Source: Gemmatimonadales bacterium
GTDB taxonomy: Bacteria; Gemmatimonadota; Gemmatimonadetes; Gemmatimonadales; GWC2-71-9
NCBI GenBank assembly: GCA_041615815.1
Contig: JBFJCP010000002.1
Location: forward strand, 96,001 to 160,000
DNA length: 64,000 nucleotides
Reading direction: 5' to 3'
The translations under genes and the position numbers were made by a program. This document shows, piece by piece, positions 38,112 through 48,960 of this stretch (positions are counted from its first letter, which is position 1; every line of letters begins with the position of its first letter). Under the pieces are notes generated by a model. It had not been told where the DNA came from, did not search any database, and was given only the letters and a program-made list of their open reading frames with translations.

Positions 38112-38456
38112 CTAGACGCGCCTTCGATCCAACACCGCCGCAACGGCCGCTGCCGCAACCGCTCCGGCAGTCACGATCGCCGCCAGTATGCGGGGAAGGA
38201 CATCACGTAGGTCACATGCGAGCCGCCAGGTGGACATGACGATCGCACAGCGAACACCGGACCTAACGATCCGCATAGACACGACTTGGGACGATGTCTC
38301 AGCATCGAAAAGCACGATCAGCAGGATGGCGGTCAAGAGTCCCCATACCGCCGTGTGCTTCCAGGACCAACCGAGGTTGCCAGCCACGCGTGCCCAGGCC
38401 CCCAACGGCCGAGCGCGCGTGGCCGACAGAAAAGTGGAGACTCGCTCGTAGGTGTC
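38112..38456 (-). pseudogene. Membrane-protein-like reading frame without a good start; possible remnant
   Basis: Two or three hydrophobic segments. Frame opens after an upstream TGA and has only TTG/GTG starts and no RBS. Confidence 0.3.
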
Positions 38457-38495
38457 TCAAGATAGCTGCGCGGAGGCCCAGGGCGGTGACCGCGC

Positions 38496-39332
38496 TCACG
38501 CGGCCTCACCCGCGGTGCCGAAGCGATATAGGAAATTGGGCCGCCGATACATTTCAGTGAAGCCCAGCCGCAACAGATTGCGATAGGAGGGAGCGTCGTG
38601 ATCCGCCCTAGGCTCGGCGGCCTCGACCACGACCCCGCGACATCCCATGGCCTTGGCGTCCGCCAACCGCCGGTCGAGGAGCGCCGTCTGCGATCCCCGG
38701 CCCCGAGATGTCTCGAGCGTCGCCGCGAAGTCGATCCACGCCAAACCCTCGCACACGTAGAACGCACCCGTCGCCACTGGCTGTCCATCGAGCTCGGCCA
38801 GATAATGCGCCCAGCCGTCAAGGCCAACCGTGTGTGACACCAAATCTGCGATCGCCGGAGGCCAGTCGAACGATAAGGCGACGATCTCGGAAAATACTCG
38901 TGCTTCCGCTTGGCCAATCTGACGAACCTCGACAGCACTGCTCGTGGGCTTTGGAAGCTCCTCGAGATTTCGACACAGCCGCACCCAGCAGTTGTAGCGC
39001 TCGAATCCGAGCTCCAACAGCTGGGACGCGAGGCGGCCCTGGTGTGGCCCCGGCGGCACCTGTGCAAAGAACCGTGTTGCGTTGGCCAGCCGAAAGATTG
39101 AAACGATGCGCTCGAGATCGTCACCACCGATGGCTTGGTGGACACCGAGCGCCAGGACGCGGTTCAAGGCGAGGACATCCGCTGTGGATGCCACCACAAC
39201 CAGGGAGCCCGCCACGCGATGGATCTCGATCCCCGCGGCCGCTGCGAGCGATCGCGGCGCCGCACGATAGAAAGCCTCGAATGCCGCCATCTCGCAGGCT
39301 TCGGCCTCTGCAATGTCGAATGCTGAGGTCAC
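38496..39332 (-). CDS. GNAT-family N-acetyltransferase
   Basis: C-terminal AATL..SRGRGSQTALL.RRL.DA...G, SYRNLLRLGF. Confidence 0.85.
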   Translation of the reverse strand: MTSAFDIAEAEACEMAAFEAFYRAAPRSLAAAAGIEIHRVAGSLVVVASTADVLALNRVLALGVHQAIGGDDLERIVSIFRLANATRFFAQVPPGPHQGRLASQLLELGFERYNCWVRLCRNLEELPKPTSSAVEVRQIGQAEARVFSEIVALSFDWPPAIADLVSHTVGLDGWAHYLAELDGQPVATGAFYVCEGLAWIDFAATLETSRGRGSQTALLDRRLADAKAMGCRGVVVEAAEPRADHDAPSYRNLLRLGFTEMYRRPNFLYRFGTAGEAA

Positions 39333-39374
39333 CCAGGCTAACAGTGAGAGTGGGTTACGGGGGGATCGTGAGAC

Positions 39375-39923
39375 TCAGGGCTCGACCGCACCCACGAGCT
39401 CGGTGACCAGCTCACTGATCACGGACTCGAGTATCCCCTTCGAGGAGCAATGCACCGCATTGCCACTCACCGCCCGCGGCTTCCCCGAACCGTCCACGTA
39501 CGTCAAGATCTCGGTGCTCCCGTCTTCCCGCTGTCGCAGCGTGGTCACGACCGAGAGTATGACGTCGTACCGATCGGCGTTGGGCGTAGCCGTCACTCCG
39601 CGACCACAATCGATCAGGACCGAGAGCCGCTCACCGCCGATCTCGCGCGGTCGAAACCGTGGATTGCCGAACTGGCGGCCCTGCGGATCCGAAAGCGTCA
39701 CCGGGATGTCCAGCGTATCGTACACCGTGGGGAGAATCCGCCAGACGTCCATCATCGGCGCGCTCACCAAGCGCGTATTTACCCCGGGCTGGTTGAAAAT
39801 CTCGACGTCGAACGTGGGATGCGTCATCCGCGTGCGGGTTTCGGGAGCCGGCACGTCCGGATTCTGTGATGACGCGCAGGCGGCAGTGGCCAGAGTGGCC
39901 CAGCCGAGCGCCAGACGCTTCAC
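39375..39923 (-). CDS. Hypothetical lipoprotein
   Basis: GTG start, KR plus hydrophobic stretch plus lipobox TAA-C. Internal Cys pair (IDCG, HCSSKG.LE). Confidence 0.7.
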   Translation of the reverse strand: MKRLALGWATLATAACASSQNPDVPAPETRTRMTHPTFDVEIFNQPGVNTRLVSAPMMDVWRILPTVYDTLDIPVTLSDPQGRQFGNPRFRPREIGGERLSVLIDCGRGVTATPNADRYDVILSVVTTLRQREDGSTEILTYVDGSGKPRAVSGNAVHCSSKGILESVISELVTELVGAVEP

Positions 39924-40278
39924 TGCCCGCAAGCGACCGCGTACCCGCGAACCTATGCAATGCGCCAACGGTCACCTTGGCCGTCTCGGCCAACTCCTCG
40001 GGGGGATAGCCATCAGTCACTGGGCAACTGACCCAGTGCGCAAGAATCTGGTATTGGCGGATCCGGTCTTCGCCCTTCTCCAACGCGGAGACCCATGGGC
40101 ATTGGCTAGCTTATCGCTCGGGACCTCACTCGGCAACGATGACCGGCGGGGCGCCAGGTGGTAGGACGCTCACCTGGGGCACCGGCTGCGACCCTTCCGT
40201 CCATTCCCGCATCTACCGGGTCGGACACCGACTGGTGACCTTTCGCCGTCCACTATTCGCACAACCACGAGGGAAGCA

Positions 40279-41466
40279 ATGCCACGGATTCTCCTTGGAT
40301 CATCCGCGACAATCATGATCGGTATGCTCGCAGTCGCGACAGCAGGTGCTGCAACAGCGCAGGCGCCCGAGCGCGTTCTCGCCAACCCCGACGCCACCTT
40401 CCCCGAGGCTTTCAGCCTGGTGCGCGGAGTGCGCGAGTTGCCCACCGGTCGGTTGATGATCGCCGATCCCTTGGGGCAGACCCTTGTGGTCGCGGACATG
40501 AACAACGGAACCGCCGACACGCTGGGCGGCGTAGGTAAAGGCCCGCGGGAATACGGACAACCCGATGGGGTCTTCGCGATGCCGGGAGACTCGACCCTGC
40601 TCGTCGACCTCGGTAACGGCCGGCTCACGATGCTCGGACCGGACGGTAGCTTCGGACCCACCACGCCGATCGCACGTGGAGGCGGTGGGCGCGGGATGGG
40701 CCCGGGCATGATGTTCATCCTCCCCCGCGCGGTGGATGCCCGCGGTCGGATCTATTTCCAGACGTTCGGGGCGGGCCCCGGCGGCGGGTTGCCGGACTCG
40801 GCACCCGTGATCCGCTGGGACCGCAGTTCGGACACCATGGATACCGTCGCCATGGTCAAGCTCCAGGAGCGCGATCGCAAGGAATCGGGTGGCCCCGGCA
40901 ACCGAAACGTCCAGATCCAACCCAAGCCACTCAGCCCCGAAGACGCCTGGCACGTGGCGCCCGACGGCAAGATCGCCATTGCCCGCGCCAGCGACTATCA
41001 CCTGGAATGGATTACACCGGGCGGAGGCGTGACCAAGAGCAATCCCGTCGACTACAAGCGCGTGCGGATCAAGCAGGCGGATAAGGAAGAGTGGGCCGAA
41101 GGTCTCAACAACGGACTTCGGATCTCGATGACGGTAAACAATGGGGATCGGCAGATGTCGATGCGGCGAGGGGGTGGCGGTGGCCAGTGGAGCGGGCCCG
41201 AGTTGAACACCTATGAGTGGCCCGATCACAAGCCACCGTTCGTGGCGAACGGGGTCTGGATCACCCCCGAAGGCAAAGCCTGGGTGGAACGCTCCGTTAC
41301 GGCCGGTGACCCGCGCTCGTTCGATGTCTTCAACGCCGACGGCGCACTCGAGCAGCGAATCACCCTACCCGCGGATCGCCGCCTCGTGGGTTTCGGAAAG
41401 GGAACGGTCTACCTGGTGCGGGTGGACGATTTGGATTTGCAGTGGTTGGAGAGGTATGGAAGATAG
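40279..41466 (+). CDS. Exported beta-propeller-like protein
   Basis: Signal peptide (ATA-Q), RELP.GR, G.GP.EY.QP, LLVDLGNGR, PDG/PEG blade turns, C-terminal D..DLQWLERY. Confidence 0.75.
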   Translation: MPRILLGSSATIMIGMLAVATAGAATAQAPERVLANPDATFPEAFSLVRGVRELPTGRLMIADPLGQTLVVADMNNGTADTLGGVGKGPREYGQPDGVFAMPGDSTLLVDLGNGRLTMLGPDGSFGPTTPIARGGGGRGMGPGMMFILPRAVDARGRIYFQTFGAGPGGGLPDSAPVIRWDRSSDTMDTVAMVKLQERDRKESGGPGNRNVQIQPKPLSPEDAWHVAPDGKIAIARASDYHLEWITPGGGVTKSNPVDYKRVRIKQADKEEWAEGLNNGLRISMTVNNGDRQMSMRRGGGGGQWSGPELNTYEWPDHKPPFVANGVWITPEGKAWVERSVTAGDPRSFDVFNADGALEQRITLPADRRLVGFGKGTVYLVRVDDLDLQWLERYGR

Positions 41467-41579
41467 GGATCAGGGGCTAGGGGTTAGTGGGTCAAGGGGG
41501 GGGGTAGGGGCCGGGGCTTGGGCGTGGGCTCCGAACCCCAACCCGCTGCCGGCTCGAAAAGCCTAGCCCCCTAATCCCT
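41464..41579. repeat. About 115-bp element with heptamer repeats and terminal inverted repeats between convergent genes
   Basis: tagggat caggggc taggggt tagtggg. AGGGATCAGGGGCTAGG (41465-41481) is nearly inverted at 41562-41579. Confidence 0.6.
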
Positions 41580-42374
41580 TGGCCCTGCTTTCACATACCC
41601 ATGCACTTGCCACCGGGTCAGCGGACTCTCACCGCTGGCCCGGAAGAGTTCAAACGCAGCCGTGGCGGTGATGCGTGTCGCTCCTCCCGTCGTCGGATCC
41701 CCAAAAGCGTACTGCAATCCACCGGCGCCTTCGACCGCTGCATACTGTTCGATGAGGGCTCGCAAGTCTGGCCGCTCGAGATCGAACGGTTCCCAATCCG
41801 TGGTGGCGATTACTCCCTCGTAGCGCAATCCGCGGTCCGGTGCGGCGAGACTCTCGATCCGGCTCGTGTCGTACTGCACAGAAATCTGGAGCCAGAGGAG
41901 TCCGTCAGGCTTCAGGAATGGGATCACGTCCTTCGCCACGCGACGGCGGACCGCAAATCCGTCATCGCCGCTGCTTCCAGGTGGATTCGCGACGACGAAG
42001 TCGACCCGACCTCGAGAGTCGTCGAGGCGCTGACGAGCCCTGGAATCGAACGGGCGGAGCGAGTCGCTGTGCAGCACCGTGACTCGCTCGCGCACGCCGT
42101 TGTGTTTCACGTTGGCGCGGGTCGCAGATACGTCGTTCTGAGACAGTTCGAGCGCGATCACGTGTCGCACTGCCGGGTTCTTCGCCAGCGTGATGGCGAT
42201 GCAGCCCGTGCCGCTTCCCCAATCGACCCCCAATCCCGAGAGGCGATCGGCATGCAAGGTCACCGCCCTGAGCATGATGGCGCTCGCGGGCGTAATGGGC
42301 GTAACGGTCGGCCCGTGCACGATGCGGATGGGCGCAAAAGAACCTATGTGCTCTTCGTCGAGGACGGTTTCCAT
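41571..42374 (-). CDS. Class I SAM-dependent methyltransferase
   Basis: Motif I VDWGSGTG, acidic motif II ALELS, motif IV VANPP. Confidence 0.82.
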   Translation of the reverse strand: METVLDEEHIGSFAPIRIVHGPTVTPITPASAIMLRAVTLHADRLSGLGVDWGSGTGCIAITLAKNPAVRHVIALELSQNDVSATRANVKHNGVRERVTVLHSDSLRPFDSRARQRLDDSRGRVDFVVANPPGSSGDDGFAVRRRVAKDVIPFLKPDGLLWLQISVQYDTSRIESLAAPDRGLRYEGVIATTDWEPFDLERPDLRALIEQYAAVEGAGGLQYAFGDPTTGGATRITATAAFELFRASGESPLTRWQVHGYVKAGPRD

Positions 42375-42415
42375 AGGTAGTAGTATCGTTTTCTGCGCCC
42401 CTGCCGGCCCTGCTA

Positions 42416-44254
42416 TTAGGCCCTCTTCCCCAGCGCCTTGTCCAGATTGTACGCCGCGCTGATCAACGCCAGGTGGGTCAGCCCTTGGGGGAAGTTCCCG
42501 AGTGCTTCCCCACTCGAACCCGTTTCTTCGGCGTACAAGCCTAGATGGTTGGCATAGCCGAGCATCTCCTCGAACATGAGGCGAGCCCGATCCAGCATGG
42601 CGGGATCGGCCTGGCCGGCCCGGGTGAGTGCTTCCACCAACCAGAAGGTGCAGATGTTGAACGTTCCTTCCTCACCACCAACACCATCCGCGGTTTCATT
42701 CACGTTGTAGCGATACACGAGGCTGTTGGCGAGCAAGCCCCCACGTCCTGGTGGCTCACATATGGCATCGAGCGTCTTGAGCATGCGTGGGTCCGTGGGC
42801 GACACGAAGAACACGAGCGGCATGATCAGGTTCGCGGCGTCGAGATTCTCGCTTCCATAGTGCTGCACGAAGGCCCGTCGGTTGGGATTCCAGCCTTGCT
42901 GCATGATATCTTCGTAGATCCGGTCACGAATGCTGAGCCACCGCTCGTGGTCGCACGGGAACGATCGCTTGTAGGCCAAGCGAAGCCCTCGATCGATGGC
43001 CACCCAGCACATGAGCTTCGAGTACACGAAGTGCTGGCGCCCTCCCCGCACCTCCCAAATCCCTTCGTCTTTTTCCTGCCAATGGTCGCCAACCCAATTG
43101 ACCAGTCGACGCAGATGGGTCCAGAGATCGTAGGAGATGGGCGACCCGTATTTGTTGTGGAGATAGACGGAATCCATCAGCTCGCCATAGATATCGAGCT
43201 GGAGCTGACCGTAGGCACCGTTGCCCACGCGAACAGGGCGGGAGCCGCGATAGCCCTCGAGGTGGTGGAGGGGTTCCTCGTGCAAATCGTGGCGCCCGTC
43301 GATCCCGTACATTACTTGGAGGGATCCGTCTGGTTCGAGCTCGTGACAGCGTGCCTCCAGCCAACTCATGAATTGCGCCGCCTCTTCGGTGAAGCCGACG
43401 CGCATGAGCCCATAGATGGTGAACGCGGCATCACGCAGCCACGTGTAGCGGTAGTCCCAGTTGCGGCTGCCGCCCACATGCTCTGGAAGACTCATGGTCG
43501 GAGCCGCTACGATGGCGCCGGTGGGTTCGTACGTCATGAGCTTGAGCGCGAGGGCGGATCGCTGCACCATCTCCCGCCATCGCCCCGCATAGCTGCACCG
43601 TGCCAGCCAGCGCCGCCAGTAGTCCACCGTACCGCGAAACAGTTCGAAGACCTCGTCCTCCGAAGGACACGGGCCACACCCCTTGCCCCGTTCGACACCG
43701 CGAAACACGAACGTGAGTGACTCTCCTTCCCCCAACGTCATCTCCGCCCGCACCCCAGCGCCGTCACGCGTCAGCGGTGCGCTCGTGACCAATGCCATGG
43801 TCGGCCCGGTCGTGGGTTCGAAGCAGGCACCGGTGGACGTCAACACGATGTCATGCGCGCTGCGGGCATAATCGAACGCGGGACGACAGTCGACTTCGAA
43901 CGTCATTTGACCTCGAACCACCTGCACCTGCCGCATGAGCCAGTGGAAGCCGAGCCGGTTCTTCGTGATCCCGACCGGCATGAAATCGATGATCTGACCC
44001 ACACCGTCCTTGGTGAGAAACCGGGTGACGAGGACATTCGTGTCGGGCCAATAGAACTGGCGGGGCACCACATCTCCGCGTGCAGGAGCGATCCGGAACC
44101 GTCCCCCTTTTTCATCGTCGAGGATGGCGGCAAAGACGCTGGGCGAGTCGAAATGCGGATGGCATAACCAGTCGATAGACCCATCCATGCCCACCAACGC
44201 GGCGGTGTGCATGTTCCCGATGATGCCGTAGTCTTCAATGGGTTGGTATGGCAT
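42416..44254 (-). CDS. Glycoside hydrolase family 15 (trehalase/glucoamylase-like)
   Basis: [62 protein letters not shown]. Confidence 0.93.
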   Translation of the reverse strand: MPYQPIEDYGIIGNMHTAALVGMDGSIDWLCHPHFDSPSVFAAILDDEKGGRFRIAPARGDVVPRQFYWPDTNVLVTRFLTKDGVGQIIDFMPVGITKNRLGFHWLMRQVQVVRGQMTFEVDCRPAFDYARSAHDIVLTSTGACFEPTTGPTMALVTSAPLTRDGAGVRAEMTLGEGESLTFVFRGVERGKGCGPCPSEDEVFELFRGTVDYWRRWLARCSYAGRWREMVQRSALALKLMTYEPTGAIVAAPTMSLPEHVGGSRNWDYRYTWLRDAAFTIYGLMRVGFTEEAAQFMSWLEARCHELEPDGSLQVMYGIDGRHDLHEEPLHHLEGYRGSRPVRVGNGAYGQLQLDIYGELMDSVYLHNKYGSPISYDLWTHLRRLVNWVGDHWQEKDEGIWEVRGGRQHFVYSKLMCWVAIDRGLRLAYKRSFPCDHERWLSIRDRIYEDIMQQGWNPNRRAFVQHYGSENLDAANLIMPLVFFVSPTDPRMLKTLDAICEPPGRGGLLANSLVYRYNVNETADGVGGEEGTFNICTFWLVEALTRAGQADPAMLDRARLMFEEMLGYANHLGLYAEETGSSGEALGNFPQGLTHLALISAAYNLDKALGKRA

Positions 44255-44288
44255 GTCCCGCTGCGTCTCCTCGCGTCGCTGCCGCTCC

Positions 44289-44315
44289 TGCCACCCGTGC
44301 CACCTGTGCCACCTG
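44289..44315. repeat. Three copies of the 9-mer TGCCACC(C/T)G in an intergenic spacer
   Basis: tgccacccg tgccacctg tgccacctg. Confidence 0.65.
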
Positions 44316-44318
44316 TTG

Positions 44319-45884
44319 CTACTGAACCGGTCTCAGATCCGCGCTTGCCACTGCCGCTAAGATCTCCATCCCTCGGAACAGGTTGCCGATCCGCACGTTC
44401 TCGTTGGCGGCGTGCTGGTTGTTGTCGTGGTTCACCGTCGGGATGACGACGAATGGCGCCTCGAGAATATCCGTGAACACATAGGCGGGGCCGCTCCCAC
44501 CCATCGTGGGACTGATCACCGGGGTGCCCAATCCCGCCGCGGTGAGGGCCGCGATCACGCCCCGCGCCGCTGGACTCGCCAGACTCGTACGGCCCGCGCG
44601 ATAGCCATGTCCGGCGGTGACTTTGACCAGTAACGGTGAGGACACGCGGGTCAGCGAATCAGGCTCCTCGCGGACCACCGTGTACCCTTGCCGTTCGATG
44701 TGGCGGACCAGCTTGGCCACTTGACGTTCGGGGTTGTTTCCCGCCACGAGCCGGAGATCCAATTCCGCGATCGCCATGTCTGGAATGATCGTCCGGGCCT
44801 GCGATCCCACGAACATGCTCTGGAGCCCGCGGACGTTGAGCGAGGGCTGCGCCACCAGTTCCATGCGGGGGGCGCCACCACCGTCCACCGAGCCCAGCTG
44901 GAGGGCGAGTCGACGGTGCGGGTCGTCGTGTGGGTACTCGGCCCAGGCGCGCTGCTCCTCCGGTCCATAGGGAGTGACGTCGTCGTCCCAGCCCGAAACC
45001 AGTATCTCGCCATTCGGGCCCTTCATCGTGGCCAGGAGCTGCGCCAGCCGCATGGCCGGATTGGGCGCCCAGTTGCCATAATGCCCGGAGTGGAGCGGGA
45101 GGATCGGTCCGTAGACGGTGAGCGTGACGGCCGCCATACCCCGAAGGCCGAAATCAGCCGTGGGATGATTCGAGGGGTGAATGGGTCCATCCGCCATGAC
45201 TACGAGATCGGCGGCGAAGAGATCGTGATGGTCGCTCACCACCGACGCCAAGTACTGCGAGCCCGCCTCTTCATCGCCCTCGAAAAGAAACGCGAGCCGG
45301 TTTCGGAGCGGGACGCCGGCGGTGCGCCAGGCATCGAGCATCCGCAGGAGCGCCACGATGGGAGCCTTGTCGTCGCTCGCGGACCGCGCGTAGAGCCGCC
45401 AATTCGGATCGACAGGGGTCCCCGCGGTGGGCCACTCGGGAATGACATCGCCTCCCTCGGCCAGCGAGGCGGTCCGAAGGACCGGATTCCACGGCGAGGT
45501 TTGCTGCCAATGCTCGGGATTGGCCGGCTGACCATCGAAGTGACAGTAAAAGAGGATCGTGGGAAGTGACCGATCGCCGAGCTCGCCGTACACCACCGGC
45601 GGACCACCGGTCTCGATGAGCCGGGTCGTGACCCCGCGGGCCTCCATCATCGACCGAAGCGCCTCAGCGTTCCGCCGGATGTTGGGCAGATCCGAGGCGA
45701 CATTGGGAATGGTGAGAAGATCGCGCAGCTCGGTGACGATCTCGACCGAGTGCTCGGCGTGGTACGTCCGCACGACCTCGACCGGTCCCTGAGCCGGTGC
45801 CACGCTCCCGAAGAGGACCGGACTCACCGCGAGGATGAGCGCGGGAATCGTTGAACCCTTTGCCATATCGCCCAGCCGGACCAT
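44319..45884 (-). CDS. Exported M20/M25/M40-family metallopeptidase
   Basis: [45 protein letters not shown] before ATG 45884; signal peptide. Confidence 0.9.
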   Translation of the reverse strand: MVRLGDMAKGSTIPALILAVSPVLFGSVAPAQGPVEVVRTYHAEHSVEIVTELRDLLTIPNVASDLPNIRRNAEALRSMMEARGVTTRLIETGGPPVVYGELGDRSLPTILFYCHFDGQPANPEHWQQTSPWNPVLRTASLAEGGDVIPEWPTAGTPVDPNWRLYARSASDDKAPIVALLRMLDAWRTAGVPLRNRLAFLFEGDEEAGSQYLASVVSDHHDLFAADLVVMADGPIHPSNHPTADFGLRGMAAVTLTVYGPILPLHSGHYGNWAPNPAMRLAQLLATMKGPNGEILVSGWDDDVTPYGPEEQRAWAEYPHDDPHRRLALQLGSVDGGGAPRMELVAQPSLNVRGLQSMFVGSQARTIIPDMAIAELDLRLVAGNNPERQVAKLVRHIERQGYTVVREEPDSLTRVSSPLLVKVTAGHGYRAGRTSLASPAARGVIAALTAAGLGTPVISPTMGGSGPAYVFTDILEAPFVVIPTVNHDNNQHAANENVRIGNLFRGMEILAAVASADLRPVQ

Positions 45885-46100
45885 CGCGAGCCTCCCAGTG
45901 ATGACCTGTTCACCATCTACACTATGGATTAATGCTGTACAGCCGCCCACTCGTTGCACGTCATCGACCGACACCCGAACCTGCAACCCGTCCCGCACCC
46001 CTCACCCTGACCATCCCAAAACCGGAGCAACATGGCGGTCCACACCTGAGGCGGCAAGCCGCTCCTTGCGACTCTGGCGCGACTCGCCCCTTTTCCAGAC

Positions 46101-46445
46101 ATGCCACCATCCTGGGATCCCGGCCGGCTTGGGCAAAAACTGGACGCGATTCATCGCCTTCGTGAGCGCCGACGACGACGGGTCCGTCGACGCGCCCAGC
46201 GCCTCGCGCCCTGGCTCTTCGCCGTGTGGGTCTTGGTGAACATCCCACCGCTCGCGCTTCTGGGGATGGTCATCGTGAGCCAGCGCCCCCCCCTTGGCGA
46301 GCTCGCGCGGGACGCCTTGGCGGTGTTGCTCTGGGCCCTCATCACCGGCGGAGCGCTGATCGGAGGATTCCTGATCGTGCTCCTGACTATCGAAATAATC
46401 GGCCGGAGCCGCCTGGCTCAACGAAAGGAGGAATCAGGTCGGTAG
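46101..46445 (+). CDS. Hypothetical two-TM membrane protein
   Basis: Arg-rich N-terminus followed by two hydrophobic helices. Lies directly upstream of the PBP gene. Confidence 0.55.
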   Translation: MPPSWDPGRLGQKLDAIHRLRERRRRRVRRRAQRLAPWLFAVWVLVNIPPLALLGMVIVSQRPPLGELARDALAVLLWALITGGALIGGFLIVLLTIEIIGRSRLAQRKEESGR

Positions 46446-46576
46446 CTTTCCAGGATGACCTCGCGCTGGCGCCTCTGCCTAGAGCCGTCTGTTCGCCCCT
46501 GCAACCCTCCGAAACACCCGGGCATCCAACTGCGTAGGATATCCTGTTGCCATTCTTCTCTTTCTGGGAGCGAACC

Positions 46577-48922
46577 ATGCGACGCGTCCCATGGTTGCGC
46601 CACCAATCCACGACCACTCTGCTGGTCACCGCCGGCGTCGTGTGTGCGGCGCTCGCCCAGGTGGCCATCGCTGGCGAGGCGTTATGGCGAGCCCGGCTCG
46701 GCCACGAGATCACCGACACCCCCATCCGATTCTATGCCAGGCCCACCGTCCTGTATCCCGGTGCGCGGGTCGATACCGATCGCCTCGGCCAAACGCTCCA
46801 CGACCTCGGATATAGGGCAGTCCGCTCGTCGCGCGTCGATGTGGGTGAGTTCGCCCGCCGCGGCCGAACCTGGACTGTGGGACGTCGTGGGTTTCGAGCA
46901 CCGGGTCACCTCGACTCGGGCGGCGTCGCAGTGCTGACCCTGGATTACAACGATCGCGTGCGCGGCATCCGGGACGCCCGTGGCCACCGTTTGCCATACT
47001 TCTCCCTCGAACCGCAACTGCTGCACAGTCCGGCTCGAAGCACCCACGTCGACCGCATTCCCGTGCGATTGGCGGACGTGCCCTCATCGCTGATCGCCGC
47101 CGTGCTGACGGTGGAGGACCAGCGCTTCTATCAGCATCGCGGGGTGGACGTTTCGCGAATCGTCGGCGCCACGGTGGCGAATGTGAAGGCAGGACGCGTG
47201 GTGCAGGGTGCCAGTACCATCACCCAGCAACTCGTCAAGAACCGGTTCCTGTCGTCCCGGCGCACCCCTGTCCGAAAGGTCCGGGAAGCGGCCATGGCCG
47301 CGGTGCTCGAGCGACGTCATTCGAAGGACGAGATTCTCGAGGCTTACCTGAATCAGATCTACCTCGCACAAGATGGGGCCTACGCCATTCACGGTGTTGG
47401 CCGGGCGTCGCAGTTCTTCTTCGGCAAGGACGTGAGCCAGCTCGATCTGGCCGAGTCAGCGCTCTTGGCAGGAATCATCAAGGGGCCGAGCCTCTATTCG
47501 CCGGTACGGCACCCCGAGGCAGCGAGGGCCCGGCGGAATCTCGTGCTGGGTCTCTTGAGGGATCGCGAGCTCATTTCGGCCGAGGCCTTCGAGGGTGCGG
47601 TTGAGGCGCCACTTCGATTGCGTGAGCGTTCCGCGCGGACGCGCCGCGGCCGCTACTTCGTGGATTACGTAGCCGCCGAGCTCCTGGCCAGCCAAGGCGC
47701 GAACGCGCTGCAGACGGGTCTGTCGGTCTTCACCACGCTGGACCTCACGCTGCAGCGGGCCGCCGAGGACGCGGTGCAGGAGGGGCTCGAGCGACTGGAA
47801 CGCGCGTATCCGCGGCTCCGGGCCGAAGGAGTTCCACTCCAGGCCGCCCTGGTGGCACTGAATCCCCACACCGGTGAGATCCTCGCGATGGTCGGGGGTA
47901 GAGACTACGCAGAGTCCCAGTACAATCGTGCGGTGCATGCGCGGCGGCAGCCCGGCAGCGCGTTCAAACCGATCGTCGCGGTGGCCGCGCTCAGTGGGAA
48001 AAGCGGATTCACGCTCGCGACGCCACTGGCCGACGAGCCGTTGGCGGTCGAGACGCCCGCCGGGCTCTGGCAGCCGGCCAACTACGACGGACAGTTCCGA
48101 GGACGGGTATCCTTCCGCGAGGCTCTCGAGCGCTCCCTCAACGTTCCGCTCGCGCGCGTGGGATTGGAGGTAGGACCTGAGCGGATCGTGAGTACTGCGC
48201 GGAGCTTGGGGGTGCGCGGCACGCTTCAGCCCGTCCCCAGCTTGGCCTTGGGATCATCGGAAGTGAGTCCGTTCGATCTCACGCGTGCCTTTGGTGTGCT
48301 CGCCGCAGAGGGGTATCGGGCCAACGCCCAGACAACACTCGCTGTCCTCGGCCCGTACGGCGAGGTGGTCAGTCAGTTCGAGCGGGACGGCGAACGCGTG
48401 ATCGGTGCCGCGGCGGCTTATCTCGTCACATCGGCGTTAGAGGGAGCGGTGAACCGCGGAACGGGCCGCGGGCTCCGGTCGATGGGCTATCGTGGCCCTC
48501 TGGCGGCCAAGTCCGGAACCACCAATGAGTATCGAGACGCGTGGTTCATCGGATATACGCCCAACCTCGCCATCGGCGTGTGGGTTGGATTCGATGATGG
48601 ACGAAGTGTGGGCCTCCCGGGATCGGGGGCGGCACTCCCGATCTTCGGCCGATTTCTCCTCGGTGCGGTGGGCCGATATGGCGACGGTGACTTCTACCCG
48701 CCGCGGGACATCGAGGTCGTCGAGATCGATCCGCACACTGGGCTTCGGGCAGGACCTGGCTGTCGCGGTGAGGCGGAGGTCTTCCTGCCCGGGACGGCAC
48801 CCGAGGAGAGTTGCGCCCCGTACTGGGCTTCGAGCCGCGACGGGCGGCGAGGGTGGTCCGGCTTCGAGCGGGATCTGCGTCGGTTTTTCGAGGGACTCCG
48901 CCGACGCCTGGAGAGGAACTAG
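46577..48922 (+). CDS. mrcB: Class A penicillin-binding protein, PBP1B-like (UB2H + transglycosylase + transpeptidase)
   Basis: EDQRFY.H.G, GASTITQQ, RK..E, ILEAYLN; SAFK, SLN, KSGT. YARP..LYPG UB2H-type region. Confidence 0.88.
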   Translation: MRRVPWLRHQSTTTLLVTAGVVCAALAQVAIAGEALWRARLGHEITDTPIRFYARPTVLYPGARVDTDRLGQTLHDLGYRAVRSSRVDVGEFARRGRTWTVGRRGFRAPGHLDSGGVAVLTLDYNDRVRGIRDARGHRLPYFSLEPQLLHSPARSTHVDRIPVRLADVPSSLIAAVLTVEDQRFYQHRGVDVSRIVGATVANVKAGRVVQGASTITQQLVKNRFLSSRRTPVRKVREAAMAAVLERRHSKDEILEAYLNQIYLAQDGAYAIHGVGRASQFFFGKDVSQLDLAESALLAGIIKGPSLYSPVRHPEAARARRNLVLGLLRDRELISAEAFEGAVEAPLRLRERSARTRRGRYFVDYVAAELLASQGANALQTGLSVFTTLDLTLQRAAEDAVQEGLERLERAYPRLRAEGVPLQAALVALNPHTGEILAMVGGRDYAESQYNRAVHARRQPGSAFKPIVAVAALSGKSGFTLATPLADEPLAVETPAGLWQPANYDGQFRGRVSFREALERSLNVPLARVGLEVGPERIVSTARSLGVRGTLQPVPSLALGSSEVSPFDLTRAFGVLAAEGYRANAQTTLAVLGPYGEVVSQFERDGERVIGAAAAYLVTSALEGAVNRGTGRGLRSMGYRGPLAAKSGTTNEYRDAWFIGYTPNLAIGVWVGFDDGRSVGLPGSGAALPIFGRFLLGAVGRYGDGDFYPPRDIEVVEIDPHTGLRAGPGCRGEAEVFLPGTAPEESCAPYWASSRDGRRGWSGFERDLRRFFEGLRRRLERN

Positions 48923-48960
48923 CGACGCTCGTCGCAAGTCGCGCGGAGCTTCCTCGTCCG

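Noticed and set aside
39940..40110. Protein-like minus-strand frame (CPWVSALEKGEDRIRQYQILAHWV...YPPEELAETAK)
   Set aside because: No RBS, it runs out of frame into the lipoprotein gene, and I recognise no family. It could be a remnant but I cannot support it.
44289..44315. Short tandem repeats as a CRISPR array
   Set aside because: Units are 7-9 nt with no spacers, and there are no cas genes.
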